From: Ascidiella aspersa
Lineage: Eukaryota
Reading direction: 5' to 3'
Assembly: GCA_963924565.1 (NCBI GenBank)
Contig: OZ004608.1
Span: 7,068,001 to 7,132,000, forward strand
DNA length: 64,000 nt
Every line of letters starts with the position of its first letter. The stretch's first letter is position 1. The notes under the pieces are model-generated. The model searched no databases, was not told where the DNA came from, and saw only the letters and a list, made by a program, of their open reading frames with translations. The position numbers and the translations under genes were made by a program. This document shows, in pieces, positions 31,201 through 45,000 of the stretch.

Positions 31201-34200
31201 AACCTTGTAATTAACAGAGCACGAAAGCAATGGTTGATTTTAGCGATTTTAATTATTCCAAATAAATCACAAAACGATTAAATGTCCCAGGCAATTGTTT
31301 TTTTTATACCAGTCACTATGTTGTAAAAGTAGGCCGGAAGGGCGTTCCTCTAAAATATTTCTTTAGCTTTACTTCATGATGGTAAAGATATGCTCTATTT
31401 TTAACAGGCCATTTTTAATGAACAGATGCTACAGAGTGACCTTTTCCATTATATGTATTGATTCCATCCTTACCAAGGGGTGTGCTACCTTGATCTCCAG
31501 TCCTCAATCTTCTTCAGTGTATTAACACGAGGTTTAGTTTCATATTTGTACACTGCGTCTAATGATAACCCCAGGTTTCCCAAGAGTACTGGTATTAGAT
31601 GTCCCATTGTGATGTACCTTTGTGACTTCATCTCATTCGTACGTTAAAATTATTTGTAAAAAATTTCGTTCGTTCCGGTAAGAAAAATATTCCACTTTCA
31701 CCGCTGGAGACACCCTGTCCTGTTGTTGGGTTCGCCACCGTATATTACCCCTTATTCAAGTAAAATTTTACCGCAGCCGAAACAGCGTGAACCCGTAAAA
31801 TTCCTTTTAAGCATATCACAAACGAAATCTTATCGTTTGAAGTGGGCTACTGTACATGGCATTTTTATGACACTGTATCGCGGAGCCAAAAATTCCACGA
31901 AATTGCGGAATTGTTGACATACCAGCCGCCGTTTAGCTTGCAATCGCCTTATTTGGCGCGCCGATATTGAGACACCCCAACATTTTCTAGCGCTTGGTTA
32001 CCTAAAAAAAAACCCGTAAGCGATAAAATCGGGCTGACAATATTCAAAAACACATTTGCTTTGCTGCGGGCCGGATAATTTTCGATTACTTTGTCCGATA
32101 GTTACTGCAAACCGTGCTAACGTTTCGTTTTGATATTAATTTGTATGCTGATAAGGTTTAATGCAAACGCCCGCCTATATTGCAAGCCTTGGAACAAATA
32201 GCACGAATAACTTAGACTCATAAGTCTCAAACTTCTTTATCGATAAAGAAATTGGAAATGACATAAAACAGCTTAGCCAAAGTAAGTTACAAACTGCTCA
32301 TTTTATAAAAGAAAAACTTGGAACACACAATAAGACCAACAAGGAAACAATATCTAAAGCAGAATAATCTATAATACCATGGTATTACTAACGGCAATAT
32401 AAAGTCAAATGCAGAATAATATCCACGACCACACGCCAATCATCTCACGAAGACCTAAACCTGTCAGAATGCTTCCTAAATTCATAAGGCTTAAATCGGC
32501 GAAATAACGCCTGAAACTGTAGGATGTCGACATTGCATGGGACGCCCTAGTTTGACAGGCGCCTCTATTTTGGCTCCGGTTTTTTTTTAAATGTTCTTTT
32601 TTGTCTTACAATTAACTTTCTACGTTTGGTTCAGATTTTAAGGATTTCCTTTTTGCATTATCGTACGGATTAAACCCAACACTCGCTTACAAACGTCCTA
32701 TTCGAAATTCCTCGCTTTGTTTGTGACGTCACTGGTGCGCGTGTGAGGTCACAAAGCAGCAAACTCCAGCAGCCTCAATAAGTCAAGCTGCTGTTTCAGT
32801 TTAAAAGTTGGTTGAGGCACTGTCTAATTAGAACTGGTGAATAAAGAAGGCGTGCTGTGTTTGCACCAGCGAAAGTTGCTTATCTTGTAATTCGACCCGG
32901 GTGGAAATAGCTTGAAACTGTAAGGCCCGGTGCCTTGTCCCTTTGATGGACCTGGATTGGGACATGCTGCTTTCTAAAACTATTTCACAACGGATTCTAA
33001 ATCAGTGACCTCGATTTTCTGGCAACTATGAAGACTGTATCGATGCTTTGCGAAATTCAACAAAATAGATTTTAGCTCTAACAAAAACTTTTAGCACATA
33101 TTTTACAAAATGTAAGTACAATAGGCCTATGTTGTAATTTTAAATTTCGTTGAAAAAGGAATATTGAACTCGGTATCACATTTGTAGCGTTTCCCATTTA
33201 AGTTATTTATAACAAAATTAGAAACAAATTAGAAGTCATAGGCCTATATATACTGTATTGTTTTGCTGAAGTTTTCATTTTCAAATTCTAAAATATATAT
33301 TTCAATCAAAAAAAAATAAAGTACTAAATTTTTTTTTTTTTTTAGGTTTTGCAACAACCATTGGTTTTAACGAATGCTGTTTAACCTGAATTTTAGAAAT
33401 ATACAGTTCGTTATTAGGCATGAAAATAAATTAGTGTGTGGCTTTTGTTAAATATAATGTTTTGACACAATGCCGTGTTTACGGTGTTTGCTAAACTAAT
33501 ACAACCGTTGCTTTAGAAATATTTCGGAAATGAAATAGTTTTAGTAACGGTCGTATCTCCTTTACCCATACATCGAAGTGAAATTGTATGTTTAAACAGA
33601 AGGCGCAAACACTAAATATCTCAAAAACCCTTTTTCAAAGGCTGTAAGACGGATACTGCCGGTAGCGGAGGTTGGCAAAATATTTGCTTACTTCGGCCCG
33701 AAATAAAAGAAAAAACAGGCCTTTGTTTGTTGCAGATAAGGGCCACAGTGAAACACACCGATATAGAAAGATCAGTAATTTTTGTGGGCCTGTTTCAAGG
33801 ATGTACCGGTGGCAGGGACGGTAACACAATATTTGCCCACTTGAGCTGTTGCGACTCCCGGAAAATTCGCCCTTTGTTCGAGCTAATGTCGATTTCGAAG
33901 GCCAACAGGAATCAATGGTTATCGTTTATCTACGCTATAATTGCTATGAAATTGTAAACAAGTTTCGTTTAGACTGCGTGCTATAAGCATCTTGTTAATT
34001 GTGTTTTTGGATTTACACCTAGCTAGATAAAGGTATTTGTCAGGTTAATCGTATTCCAATGTGTGACTAATGGCAGCAATTTACTGAATTAGGTAATAAG
34101 TTTGAGAAACTTTTGTTAACTATCTGTAGATGTATAAGCGTTTAAAGTAGGTTTTATGTAAATAAATATAGATTGTAGGAATATAAAATATAGATTGTAG

Positions 34201-34859
34201 GAATATATTGTATCTATGTTCAGAATATTGATCGTTGTAAACAACATTCTGAATTAACTAGTAGAAACCTAAAGCAAGAATTACAACTTATGTCCTTTCT
34301 ACATTACATCTCAAGAAAACAACGTCCATATATCCTCTAAATTACACAACAGACGTGTTAATAAACGTTGGTACGGTATTTAAAAAGCAATACAGATCAT
34401 CTTCATTGGTTAAACAACTTTTTGTTTCTATATTGAGTACGATATAGAAATGCCAGTAACCGTTTTTCTTTGTCTTTGGTCAAACTATTTTCCACGAAAC
34501 GAGAATATATAATGCAGGTTGAAAAAGAGGAAGCAAGATGTCATAACCAAGTAAAGCAACGTTAATTAGTAGTACTAAGCAAATATTGTACCGAAAAACG
34601 CTTCTAAACGTTTAATTTTGGCTTTTGTGAAATTTGTTAGCAATAATTTAGAAAATGCATATCGATCTGGCAAAGTTAAAATAGTCGAATAGTGCTTAAA
34701 AACTGTGCAATGGTTATAGGAAGACGTATTACGAATAGCAAAGCCTAAATAAAAGTAGGTATAGCATTTTGAACGTTTTGAATATATTCTTATTCATTTT
34801 CAAAAAACAACTAATGTAATCAGAGTTATGAGAAACTTTTACTTAGGAAAAAATAATTT

Positions 34860-35133
34860 ATCAAGAATAGAGAGAATTTGCCACAAATTAACACAACTTA
34901 TTTAAACAGCGATACGTCGTTTCTAAACTTGCGAACAGGTCAAAATCGCTATCAAGAATAGCGAAAGTTTACCACGAATTATCCAAGGTCTTTAAACAGC
35001 TATACACTGGTTCCAAATTTGCGAACAGGTAAATATCGCTATAAAGAATAGTAAGAATTTACCACGAATTAACAAGATTTTATTCAAACAGCGGTACACC
35101 GATCCCAAATTTGCGAACATGTAAAAATCGCTT
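34860..35133 (+). repeat. ~90-bp minisatellite, 3 copies
   Basis: aagaatag..a..ttt.ccac.aatta...aaacagc..tac....t...aa.ttgcgaaca.gt.aa.atcgct is repeated. Confidence 0.8.
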
Positions 35134-35977
35134 CCACTTCCTTTGAGGCGCATAGGATGGAAGTCGCTATCTCGTCGATATTTGTCCACTCGAAACTACT
35201 GGCGCTGGCGTGTTCCGTGCGACCTGCTTCGGCGCGCCGCAGCCTTTTTCCCCGTTCCGGTCGCCTTATAACCACGATGAAGGGAGCGCTGGGTTGACAG
35301 ACTGCCACAAGGCATAGCGCCTGCTATACACGGGCGAAAGCGACTGTGATTGATTGGAGACAGCTCGTAGGAGAGCAAACCGTTTTGCGGCGGAGCGCGT
35401 GATGTTTCAGAGATTAGCTTGCGTGCGCACTTTACTAGTGCTCAGGATATTTTTTTTGCTGATGTACACTGGTCGGTTGGATTATGGAAGCTGTGTTTTT
35501 TTAAATTGATAAATAGATGGAGAGATAAGTTTTACAATTTTGCGGCGTTTTGGTGGAATATGAGATCGCTTTTTCGTAGGCAGTTCTTTGTGTATCGCAT
35601 GTGTACTATTTCTCGTTGAAAGTAGACCGTATTGAAAATAAAAGCAACACAGTGCAGTACTGACTTCATGAATTACGATTTGGTGATTTCTATTCAGCCT
35701 TTACGGCTTATGCGAATAATGTAGAACAGAAGTCCGTGTGTTAAATTTGAAAGTAGAAAGGTGCGTGTCGTTTTGCAGAGGATAACTGGATTGAGCCTAT
35801 GTGCGCTATACTATAACTGCAAACTATCGCGCTATATTATGTTTTCTTTATTAATGAAAACTGTTTCTGTTGGAACACAGTCAAACTTATATCGCTACAT
35901 TTTGCTGCTGGTTCGGCAAAAATCTCGTCGAACAAAAAACAATGCGACTCAATGCAAACACGTGCGACTACCGGATC

Positions 35978-36049
35978 ATGGATCTTATTTTTCTGCTTAT
36001 CTTATGTGGGTTATGGGAATATGCCAGTGGAAAAGGCTGTGAGAATAAG
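35978..36049 (+). CDS. TRABD2: TIKI exon 1 (signal peptide [24 protein letters not shown])
   Basis: Hydrophobic N-terminus; donor AAG|GTATGT, phase 0 compatible with the next exon; alternative in-frame ATG at 35942. Confidence 0.7.
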
Positions 36050-39000
36050 GTATGTTCAATTTTTTACAACACCGTCTGTAAACACCGTACGAATTGGATT
36101 TTTTATTATTTGTAAAGCATTGGCTATTTGATGCGTATGTCGGTGTGTTACATGTTCGCTTCGATTTCAATATTTTTGCAGACTTTTCGTCTTAAACCAT
36201 ATTGGTGTCACTTTGTTTTATTCCCCATGAAAGTTTATACAAAAAGTAGTTCATTAATGATTTGGAAATCTATAAATGATTGGTTTTACCGATTTGAGAG
36301 TTATGTTTGCAAATACACATAAATTGGAGGTGGTCTTGCAAAATAAATAATAGACACTTATACAAAACAAATGATAAACAAAAAGTAATTTTTCTATCAG
36401 ACAGGATCGGTTATTGTGGCATGTAATTTTTTAGAACGCACCCCTGTACCTGTCAACGTGTTTGTAAACAAAACGCAGATAAGCGTGTTACGGCTGCAAG
36501 ATTTGAACCGCCGGGGTGGCCATTATACACGTATCGAACACCTGGACCCGTTGGGCGTCTATTTGCGTCCTTTTAACAAGTGAGCTTGCCATTAACGGGT
36601 GCAGATATCGGTGGCAAAATCTAAACACAGAATTCGTATTAGAACTTCTATACGGGCTGTCCAACACGTGTTGTGTGAAATACCGCTTTATTTAAACCTC
36701 GTCTAAATGAGCGGTTCTTAAACACTTACCGCTTTTGGTTTTTAAAAAATGCCAGCCTCCATGTGATATACTTTACATGTCATAAGGATATTTTATACTC
36801 TCCGTTTAGAAACATACATAGCCACCCTAAAACCACACCCCACTTTCAAAAAACATTTTGAATATGGGCGGCAAAATCCATTTAGGTCAAATGCGATAAA
36901 GAAAACGTTGAGATCGGCAAACCTACTGGCAATTCCAGTGGGTTAGATTTATCATTCCAGGCCGGTAGTTCGAAAGATTAAACTTGCAAAACAAAGGAGT
37001 TGAATGAATCAAAGTTACTCAGCCACTGGTCCAAATAATTGCGCTGTAGTGAGCGGCATATGGCCCGTGACGAACAACTAGCCCTCTTGTGCGGAAACGC
37101 GCAGCCAAAACGATCGGATTGGGCAAGCGGGTCATTCCAGTCATTAGCCGCGAAAAAACACCAAAACTTGGTCGCTTTTGTCCGTTTGCCGACGCGATTG
37201 GCCTAGATCGTCGGTCGCGCTTAATCCCCTTGCCATTCCCCGACCCCAGCCCGCCGTAGGTCGTCCTGCGGGAAACGGATTAGCCAAAGCCCGCCGAGCT
37301 CTATCTGCGGCCCCGATCTCACGCACGATGTTTGCGCCGGCGATTTGCCGCCATTGTTGGTTCCCGTAATGCGCCGCGATCGGACATCTGCGAAAATAGG
37401 TGAGCGCGCGCAATGAGCGCTAATACCTTCAAAAGGTTCGAAAAGTTGCCACAAAATTGGGTTTATGCTTTGTACCGAATCATAGTACCGTACTATATAA
37501 AATCAACAGACAAAAAATCATTGGTGAAGTAATTTTTTTGCCCGTTTCTCTTCTATTTCCGTCTGTTGAAAATATACTTTGGCTTAAAAGGACAAGAAAA
37601 GATTAAAATATTCAAACCAACGCCAATAGAAATAACAAAATAAAGTCGAATATGGACTTTTACTTTAACTGATTTCCCTGCCTATACAACACAATTATAC
37701 GACGTTCTACATTTTCAACGAGGTTTCAATTTCGAAACATGCATAATTCGCTAAACCAGCAATAACAACAATAATGTTTCACTGAGTTTATTAAACGGAA
37801 GATGATTAGTTATCACAACAACAAAAATGACGTTTTTTGGTGAACTTTCGATTTATTTCAGGTGCGACAGAATTCTTTCCTATGGAAGGTGAAGCGCGAC
37901 CCTCCGGCCTATTTCTTCGGGACACTTCACGTTCCCTACACCAAAGTGTGGGGCCAGATTCCTGCCGCGTCCAAGGTAAGAAAATAAGTTCGTTTGCGTT
38001 TTCGTCTTTTTTGTACTAAACTTTAGTACTTAACGGTATAATAATTGCTTCGCTGAAATATTGAGCTAAATCATGCGGTGTTTTTATGTTAAAGTTTAAA
38101 AAAACAGACAAAATCGAATTAGCTTGAGTATTGAAAATCAAAGCCAAAATGTACAATTTATCGACATCACCTTGAAAAATACGTTTTAATATGCACTTAT
38201 TGTAATCAGTTAATGTCTGTAAGGATCGGTATCGCACACGTCTTTTACAGTTGTTGTGGATTTACTCGCCTTTTTTAGATTTGAGGTTCATCACATTACA
38301 GGTTCATGCATAGTGTGTACCTTTAACTAAATTAATTTCAAATATTTCTTGGTTGTTTTTCTAACAGATTTATTAACTTGATTAAACGTTAAAAAATTAA
38401 ACCAAAAAATTATAGAAAAATATTTTGTGTTTTAAGCCTACAATCCGTCAGTAAATTAGCCAAGCCAAATAGTGAACTTTCTCCCAATTATTGTGATATT
38501 CATTAATATCAAATGTCAGATTAAATTCTCCCACTCAGCCCTAATCGTTTCCTTCTTGCCGCAAGTTATTTTGCGCTACTCAATTAGCGCAATTCCAGCG
38601 TGTTTAACATTCCTTCGAATAATATGAAATCCGCGGTCTGCGGTGAAATGGAATTCATAACCTTTCCAACCCGCAACTTCGGATAATTGCAGACATAACA
38701 GATGTCGACTTTTCCTGAAAGTCGTTGGTTCCGCAAAACCGTTTTGCGTCGTCATCGTTTTAAAACTTAAATATACATTCAATATTTTCCATTACTTTGT
38801 TGGGTATAATCAAGCATATAAAACAAAACATCAAAATAACTCAAACGTATATTAATACTTTGGAAAACATGTAGAAAGAGACATACCTACACACATACAA
38901 AAAAGTCGAAGACACACACACAAATAACGACAAAGCCGCAAAAATATACAAAGAAGAAAATATCACTAAGCTTATATACACTTTTAACCACATACATACG

Positions 39001-42000
39001 CAAATCGAAACACACCTATATAAATAAAAGAACACCTACACGCGCACATACAATACATATACACCACACACATAAACACAGACACAAGCGTATACATATA
39101 TACAAACGCACATCACCACAAACGCATTTCAGGGCTCAAGCAGCAAAGCAAACATTTATCCCTCTTCGGAAGTCTTGCAGTCTCCCGTTGCGATATCCCG
39201 TCAAACCGAACCAGCGTGATTCGGCGTGATCCGCAAATTAAACGCAATTAAACGCGCCCACTGAACGAGAGTGGCCAGCGGGAGATTGCGCGCGCGTCTC
39301 CGTTCAAACCTACACCTCTCCCTGCCAAATATACTCTCGTGCCTTGCTCTTTAGCGGTCGAGTTGATTAATTATGATACACTTGATCGCAGTTGGCAATT
39401 TGCGCAATCAATAACCTGTCAAAGCTTGAGTTTTCGTCATATGGTTATCTGAGTAGGTTTTGACGTCTAAAAAGGGCAATAAACACCCATCTTTTAACAG
39501 TTGCATATTTTAAATCTCGGTTTTAATGCTTTTTTGTTCTTGTTGGTTATATTTTAGTATTATAATTTAACAGCCTGCTACCGAAATACTACGTTTTCTA
39601 ACCCATTTTATCATCGCCTATTTTTTTCCAACTCTGTAATCAGTTACCTTTAAAATGACGGCGATTTACCCAAACATGTATACATGGGTATGAGCCATTC
39701 TATACCAGTTTGATTTCCTCTTAAAATACAATTTTACCCTGTATTTTCATCAGCGTGCGTTCCGCGGCAGCGACAACGTATACTTCGAGTTGGACCTGAC
39801 CAATAAGCGAACACGCACTGCACTGACCCGCTGCCAAATGCTCCCTGGTGGTGCGGATCTGCGTCAAGTGCTGCCCGACGATCTATATCGTCGCCTTAAG
39901 CGGCATTTGGACTACGTGAAGCGAGCCATGCCAGGATGGCTGACGTCGGAACAAGCCGGAAAAGGTGTGATTTTTCTTTAGTTTTTTGTTACTTGTGCCA
40001 AGGTTTGGTTTTCTTCCGTGGTGAATTAGGTTGGTTAAGCAAAAAACAACACTAATAAGATAAACATCTCAGTAAATGTCTGTCACGTTTTGTAATTACT
40101 GCATTTTCGTGTGAGATGTGCCTTCATTTAATTTTAAACCAATAGCAAATTTATTTTAAATAAAAATGTGTGTTATTCTTAAATCCATTTGTTTAAAACT
40201 GCTAAAAAGTTTAACTTTTTTATAACTAAAATCAAATTTAGGTTAATAAAACGCTTTCTGGCTTTAAAAAATATATCCAATAAATAAAAACGTACTAGAA
40301 AGCCTAACGGAAAACGCCAAATAACGCACTGAAATGCTCTTGTTTTCGTTTAAAATTCACCCGATTGTTACGTCACATTGTACACTCAAACACAGGCTGG
40401 TACGCTGACAACCTGTTCGAGGCGATCGCAGGCAACTGGGAACGAAAGCGACCGGTGTGGGTAATGCTGATGGTCAATTCTCTAACGGAAGACGACATAA
40501 GAAGCCAGGGGGTACCGGTCCTGGACCTGCATTTGGCCAGTCAGGCCGGTCGGATGGGCAAGAAGGTCGGCGCCATCGAGCAAGTCGACGAACAGTGCCA
40601 GCCGCTAAACGGACTCAACATGTCTCAGGTTAGCGTTTATGTGTGGTTAATGTATTCAGCTAGGATTTACATGTGTGATTGGGCCGCGAAAAATGGGCCG
40701 GCCGACAATTTTGAAATAGAAATAATGCGAAAAATGTTTCACAGAGAAATTATAACCAATCTATGAGCGATTTCTAATTTTTATTTTTACATCTTTGACA
40801 TTACGCCGTATTGAAGTTTGCGAAGTTGCAGTTGGGTGGAATTGGCCATCAGGTAGTTTTAGAAATATGGGGCGAAAATTCTAGGACAAAATTACCAATT
40901 ATTTAGTTTAAAAATATAACAAACTGTTACTTTTTTGGTCGCGCAACCTTTCATATTCTACTTGGCTATGTTTCTTAGTTAAAAATCATGTTTAATTTTT
41001 CCATGAACATTGGAATGTCGTGTCGCTAAAAAAATGCTTTTTAGATGTTACTCTTTAACTTGAAATAAAACTACTTTTAGAAAACAAACCCTTTTATCGT
41101 AACATTCACTTGCATCTTCGCCAAACAAGCCAAGAAGTAAGCCAACTGTTAAATATCCTATAGTAAACTGACTGACCAAATCACTCAAAAGGCACTAAGA
41201 GCACGGAATGTTACGTCTGTTCGCGGTCGTCCGAATCCCACCACTCACTACAACAGCAACAACCACGCCCGACTTAATGTTGTTGTCCTCCGTTCACAAA
41301 GGGCCCTTCCCTTTTAAAGGACATTCCGGTCCGCGACAGAGCGTTAAATCGAGATTCTCATTACCAGTTGTGTGTAGTGTCAAACTTTAAAGATTAAAAA
41401 AAAACACTTTAACAGATATTGCGTGAACGAACGAATTATATAGTACGGAGATTCAAGCAAAAAATACAACACCGAAAACGAGTTTCTCTTATATTTTAAT
41501 TTATCGAAAAAGATTTGAAAAGTATTACTTATTTAACTTCTCTTTCGTGCAGTACGCCTCCTTAAAAAGAAACTGTTTAAGGTGTACCAAACTGAAAATG
41601 TCATTCTCTGCTTAACATTACCTTTATATTACATAACTTATTATTTCTAGCTGTGTGTTATCATTGTTTGAAATTTGAATAAAACTTACCCTTTAAATGT
41701 ATCTAAATCTCACCACATATAGCCCTACCAAACTTAACACAGGTATAGCGTCCTAACAGAAAACAATACCACATAATCCCGACCGAAAAAAAGCTAACCA
41801 CACCCACATAGCCTTGTCTTGTGCCCAGGTGTTGTACGCCCTGGACCACACCCTTTCGATGCAGGAGCGAGTTCGTTTCGGAACAGTAAGTGTCCCTTAC
41901 ACCAAGGAAGACCTCATCGCTCAGTACAACTGTGGCGATCTGGACGCGGCCATCTTTGACAGCGATTCCTCACAGGTTGGACTCGTTTATATCGTTGATT

Positions 42001-45000
42001 CGTTACATGAGAACTGATAATTCGTATATTATTCAAATGCTGATAGTTTGGGCCCAGGTTAGGCTTGATTGAAATGGAACTTTAAATATGCAAAAAAAAA
42101 CACTTTTTACATAATCTGTGGTTTCCAAACCTCAAAACCCATAAACACAGCATTAAAGTAGCAGTAGTCTGTCCTTATTTGAAGGCGGTCACAGTCAGAA
42201 CACAAAAAGACGGACTAGAAGCTCAGAAGTGTCGCCAAAAACTTTGTAAACCGGCTCGTTCGAAAATACGCACGTGTAAGCAATCACCGGCTGCTGCGGG
42301 CTAACGCCTTTTCGTAGCACCCTCGCCTAACGCGGCTTGCCCAGCCTTAATTGCCGGCCTACCAGCAAGCTCTAACTGTCACTTAGGTCCAAGGCCACTT
42401 GGATCTTTCGTTAGAAGCGTGTGTTGGTCTTACTGTATCATTACAGCGCCAAGGCGGCCGCCATACCTCGAACCGGGCCATCGGGTCCGTTGGGAGGTGT
42501 TTTATCGGCTGAGAAACGCTTTATATATTGCCTTGCCGATGTTTTTTGGTAGAATGTATCTTTGGTGCATTGGCGATTATTTTAGATAAGAAGTGTCCGT
42601 TATCAACTGAGTCCTTAAGTATAATAATATGAATTCAAGTGTAATCCTACTTTGCATATATGTTGTGAAATATAGGAAATTTACAGTTTTATTGTTTTAA
42701 TATTTTATAAAACAACCTTTCCAAAAAAAATTGAACAACCAAAGTCAGAATGTTTTCGGTTATTTAAAGACGCATAACTGAGCTTGTTGTTTTACGCGGC
42801 GCCCATTATTCAGGCTTTCTATATATAAGACCATTGGGAATTATTAATTCACAAACCAGCATTTTGTGAACTCCTGCACCAATTGCACTCTCTTATACCC
42901 CTCCCATCAAACGCTGATAGTTCAGCGTTGTTAAAGATATTAATTCCCAACCGGCTTCGCACCTGTGTATTAAGCGGTTTTACGGCGAATACTCAAGAAG
43001 CGATTTACGTACCCAGCATTTAGGCCTGTGCGCAAATTCTGCGGACTTGGTCAAATTTGTCATTCAATTTTGAATCCTCGAAACTTAAATTACCCGGGAA
43101 AATGTATATCTGAAAACGTTCTTTTGCCTTTTTATGCCTTTACCAATAAAAGACTCGCTTTATTAAAAATCGCGGATCTATATTATTAATGTAAGTATCT
43201 GCAGAGGCTATATAAAGCCAAATTATGATGGACCGACTTCATAATTTATATGCTTTGTTCGGCTATCCTTTAATAATTATAACACGCCCACGTAATGCAC
43301 GCTCGCAAGTTTAATTTTCTTGTTGAAGTAATGATTTATTAATGACAATTCGCCAAATAATTCATGTTATATCAAGCTAAATGCACCGCAATTTACCCTT
43401 GCCACACTTTGTTGAAGTACACTAAATTGAAAGCGGCTAATCTACACCAAACAAGATACAATTAAAATCGGTCGATTCATAAAATGTTTCAAAAGAAATG
43501 TATATTCATGACATATAATAATAAAAAATTAACAACCTCGCAATAAAAAAGTTGTTTCGACAATTAGGACATTTATGATTGTACTTTATAGAAAAACAAC
43601 GCCCCCTTTCAAAATCCAAAAAAAAAACTTTTATTCGGCCAATTTAGTCCGCATCATGAAACATCCCGCTTCGCCGCCGGAAATTAACCCTCAAATCCCC
43701 GCAGATTCCAAAACTGGTCAACGGCAGCGAGGGAGCGATTTCGCAGGAGGAACAGAACATGTCGGATCAGGTGGACTGGTACTTTAGAAACGAGCTCATC
43801 TACCGGCGGAACAAGAAGATGGCGCAGCGAGTAGAGCGTCTCCTCGTCAATAATCCCGATCAGAGCTTCTTCTTCGCTTTTGGAGCCGGTGAGTGAGGAG
43901 AAATTTACTTTTGGTTACAATTTTGGGAGAAGTTACGGGCACAATTGGATTGGTATATCATGGTCGATGTTTGAATGTTTCGAATTGGTATTTTTTCCAA
44001 TTAAATTGGAAAATAGTTTGATCAACATTGGCGAACAGGCGATCAACATTAACTTTAATTATTTTTTCGAAGATATATTGGGCACTGTTGAATGTTAGAC
44101 TTATGCGGCACTTAATATTATTGTTAAAGATTGGAAAAAAATGTTTGAAACGGCCTAAAAATAGATTTAAAATTTACACTGTTATATAAAAGATTTTAAG
44201 AGAAAAAAATGCTTCCTTCACTTTAAGTTGGCCAAAAACATTGTTGAAAATTGGAAGAAAAAGGTTCTAACAATATCTGTGGCGGTCCATATAAGTATGC
44301 TAAGGCAACCTTGAAATTTCGATTGCCTATTTGGAAGCCTAAATTGTTTGCTTGCATACTGTTTTCCACGACCGCAAAATATTTGCTAAAAGGATAGCAC
44401 CGACGCTTATCGGCGTATATATTGTGTCTGTACGCGGACTGTGCGTTTTACAGCCAATTTCACGCTCGGATTCGCTCATAAACCGATTTTACGCGAATCC
44501 GCGGTCAAAACACCGTTCTACCTGACTGTCCAAGTCGTTTTACATGGTTCTACAGCCCTAACAGGAATGAATTGCGAGCTTTTGTATTTGGCTTGTTTAC
44601 GTCCGAATATCGATTGTTTATTGTCGAATTTCGATTGTTGACTTTCGAATTTCGCTTGTTTGTTTACGAGTGTTCAACCTTGGCGCGTGTTTGTCTGGCT
44701 CCACTCTCCTGGACAGCCTTGTTTGGCACATTGCGCACAGAAGAACCCGGCTCAACCGGGGCATCAAGACCTCCTCCGCCCCTTTGCGGCAACTTGGTGC
44801 CAGATTTCGCGTGTGAAGGAGAATTTTTTCTCGAAACAAAACACCACCAGCGCTTTTCGCTTTCGAGTACCCGTGACCGGCCCCCTAAACCCCCTAGACC
44901 CCAAAGCCAGATTTTTCGGGAAGATTCATTTGCCCCCCTACCCGCGAGCGAGGGGTCACTGCTAAAGAGCTCCCGTTGTTTTTTCGCGCGCCCCCTAACG

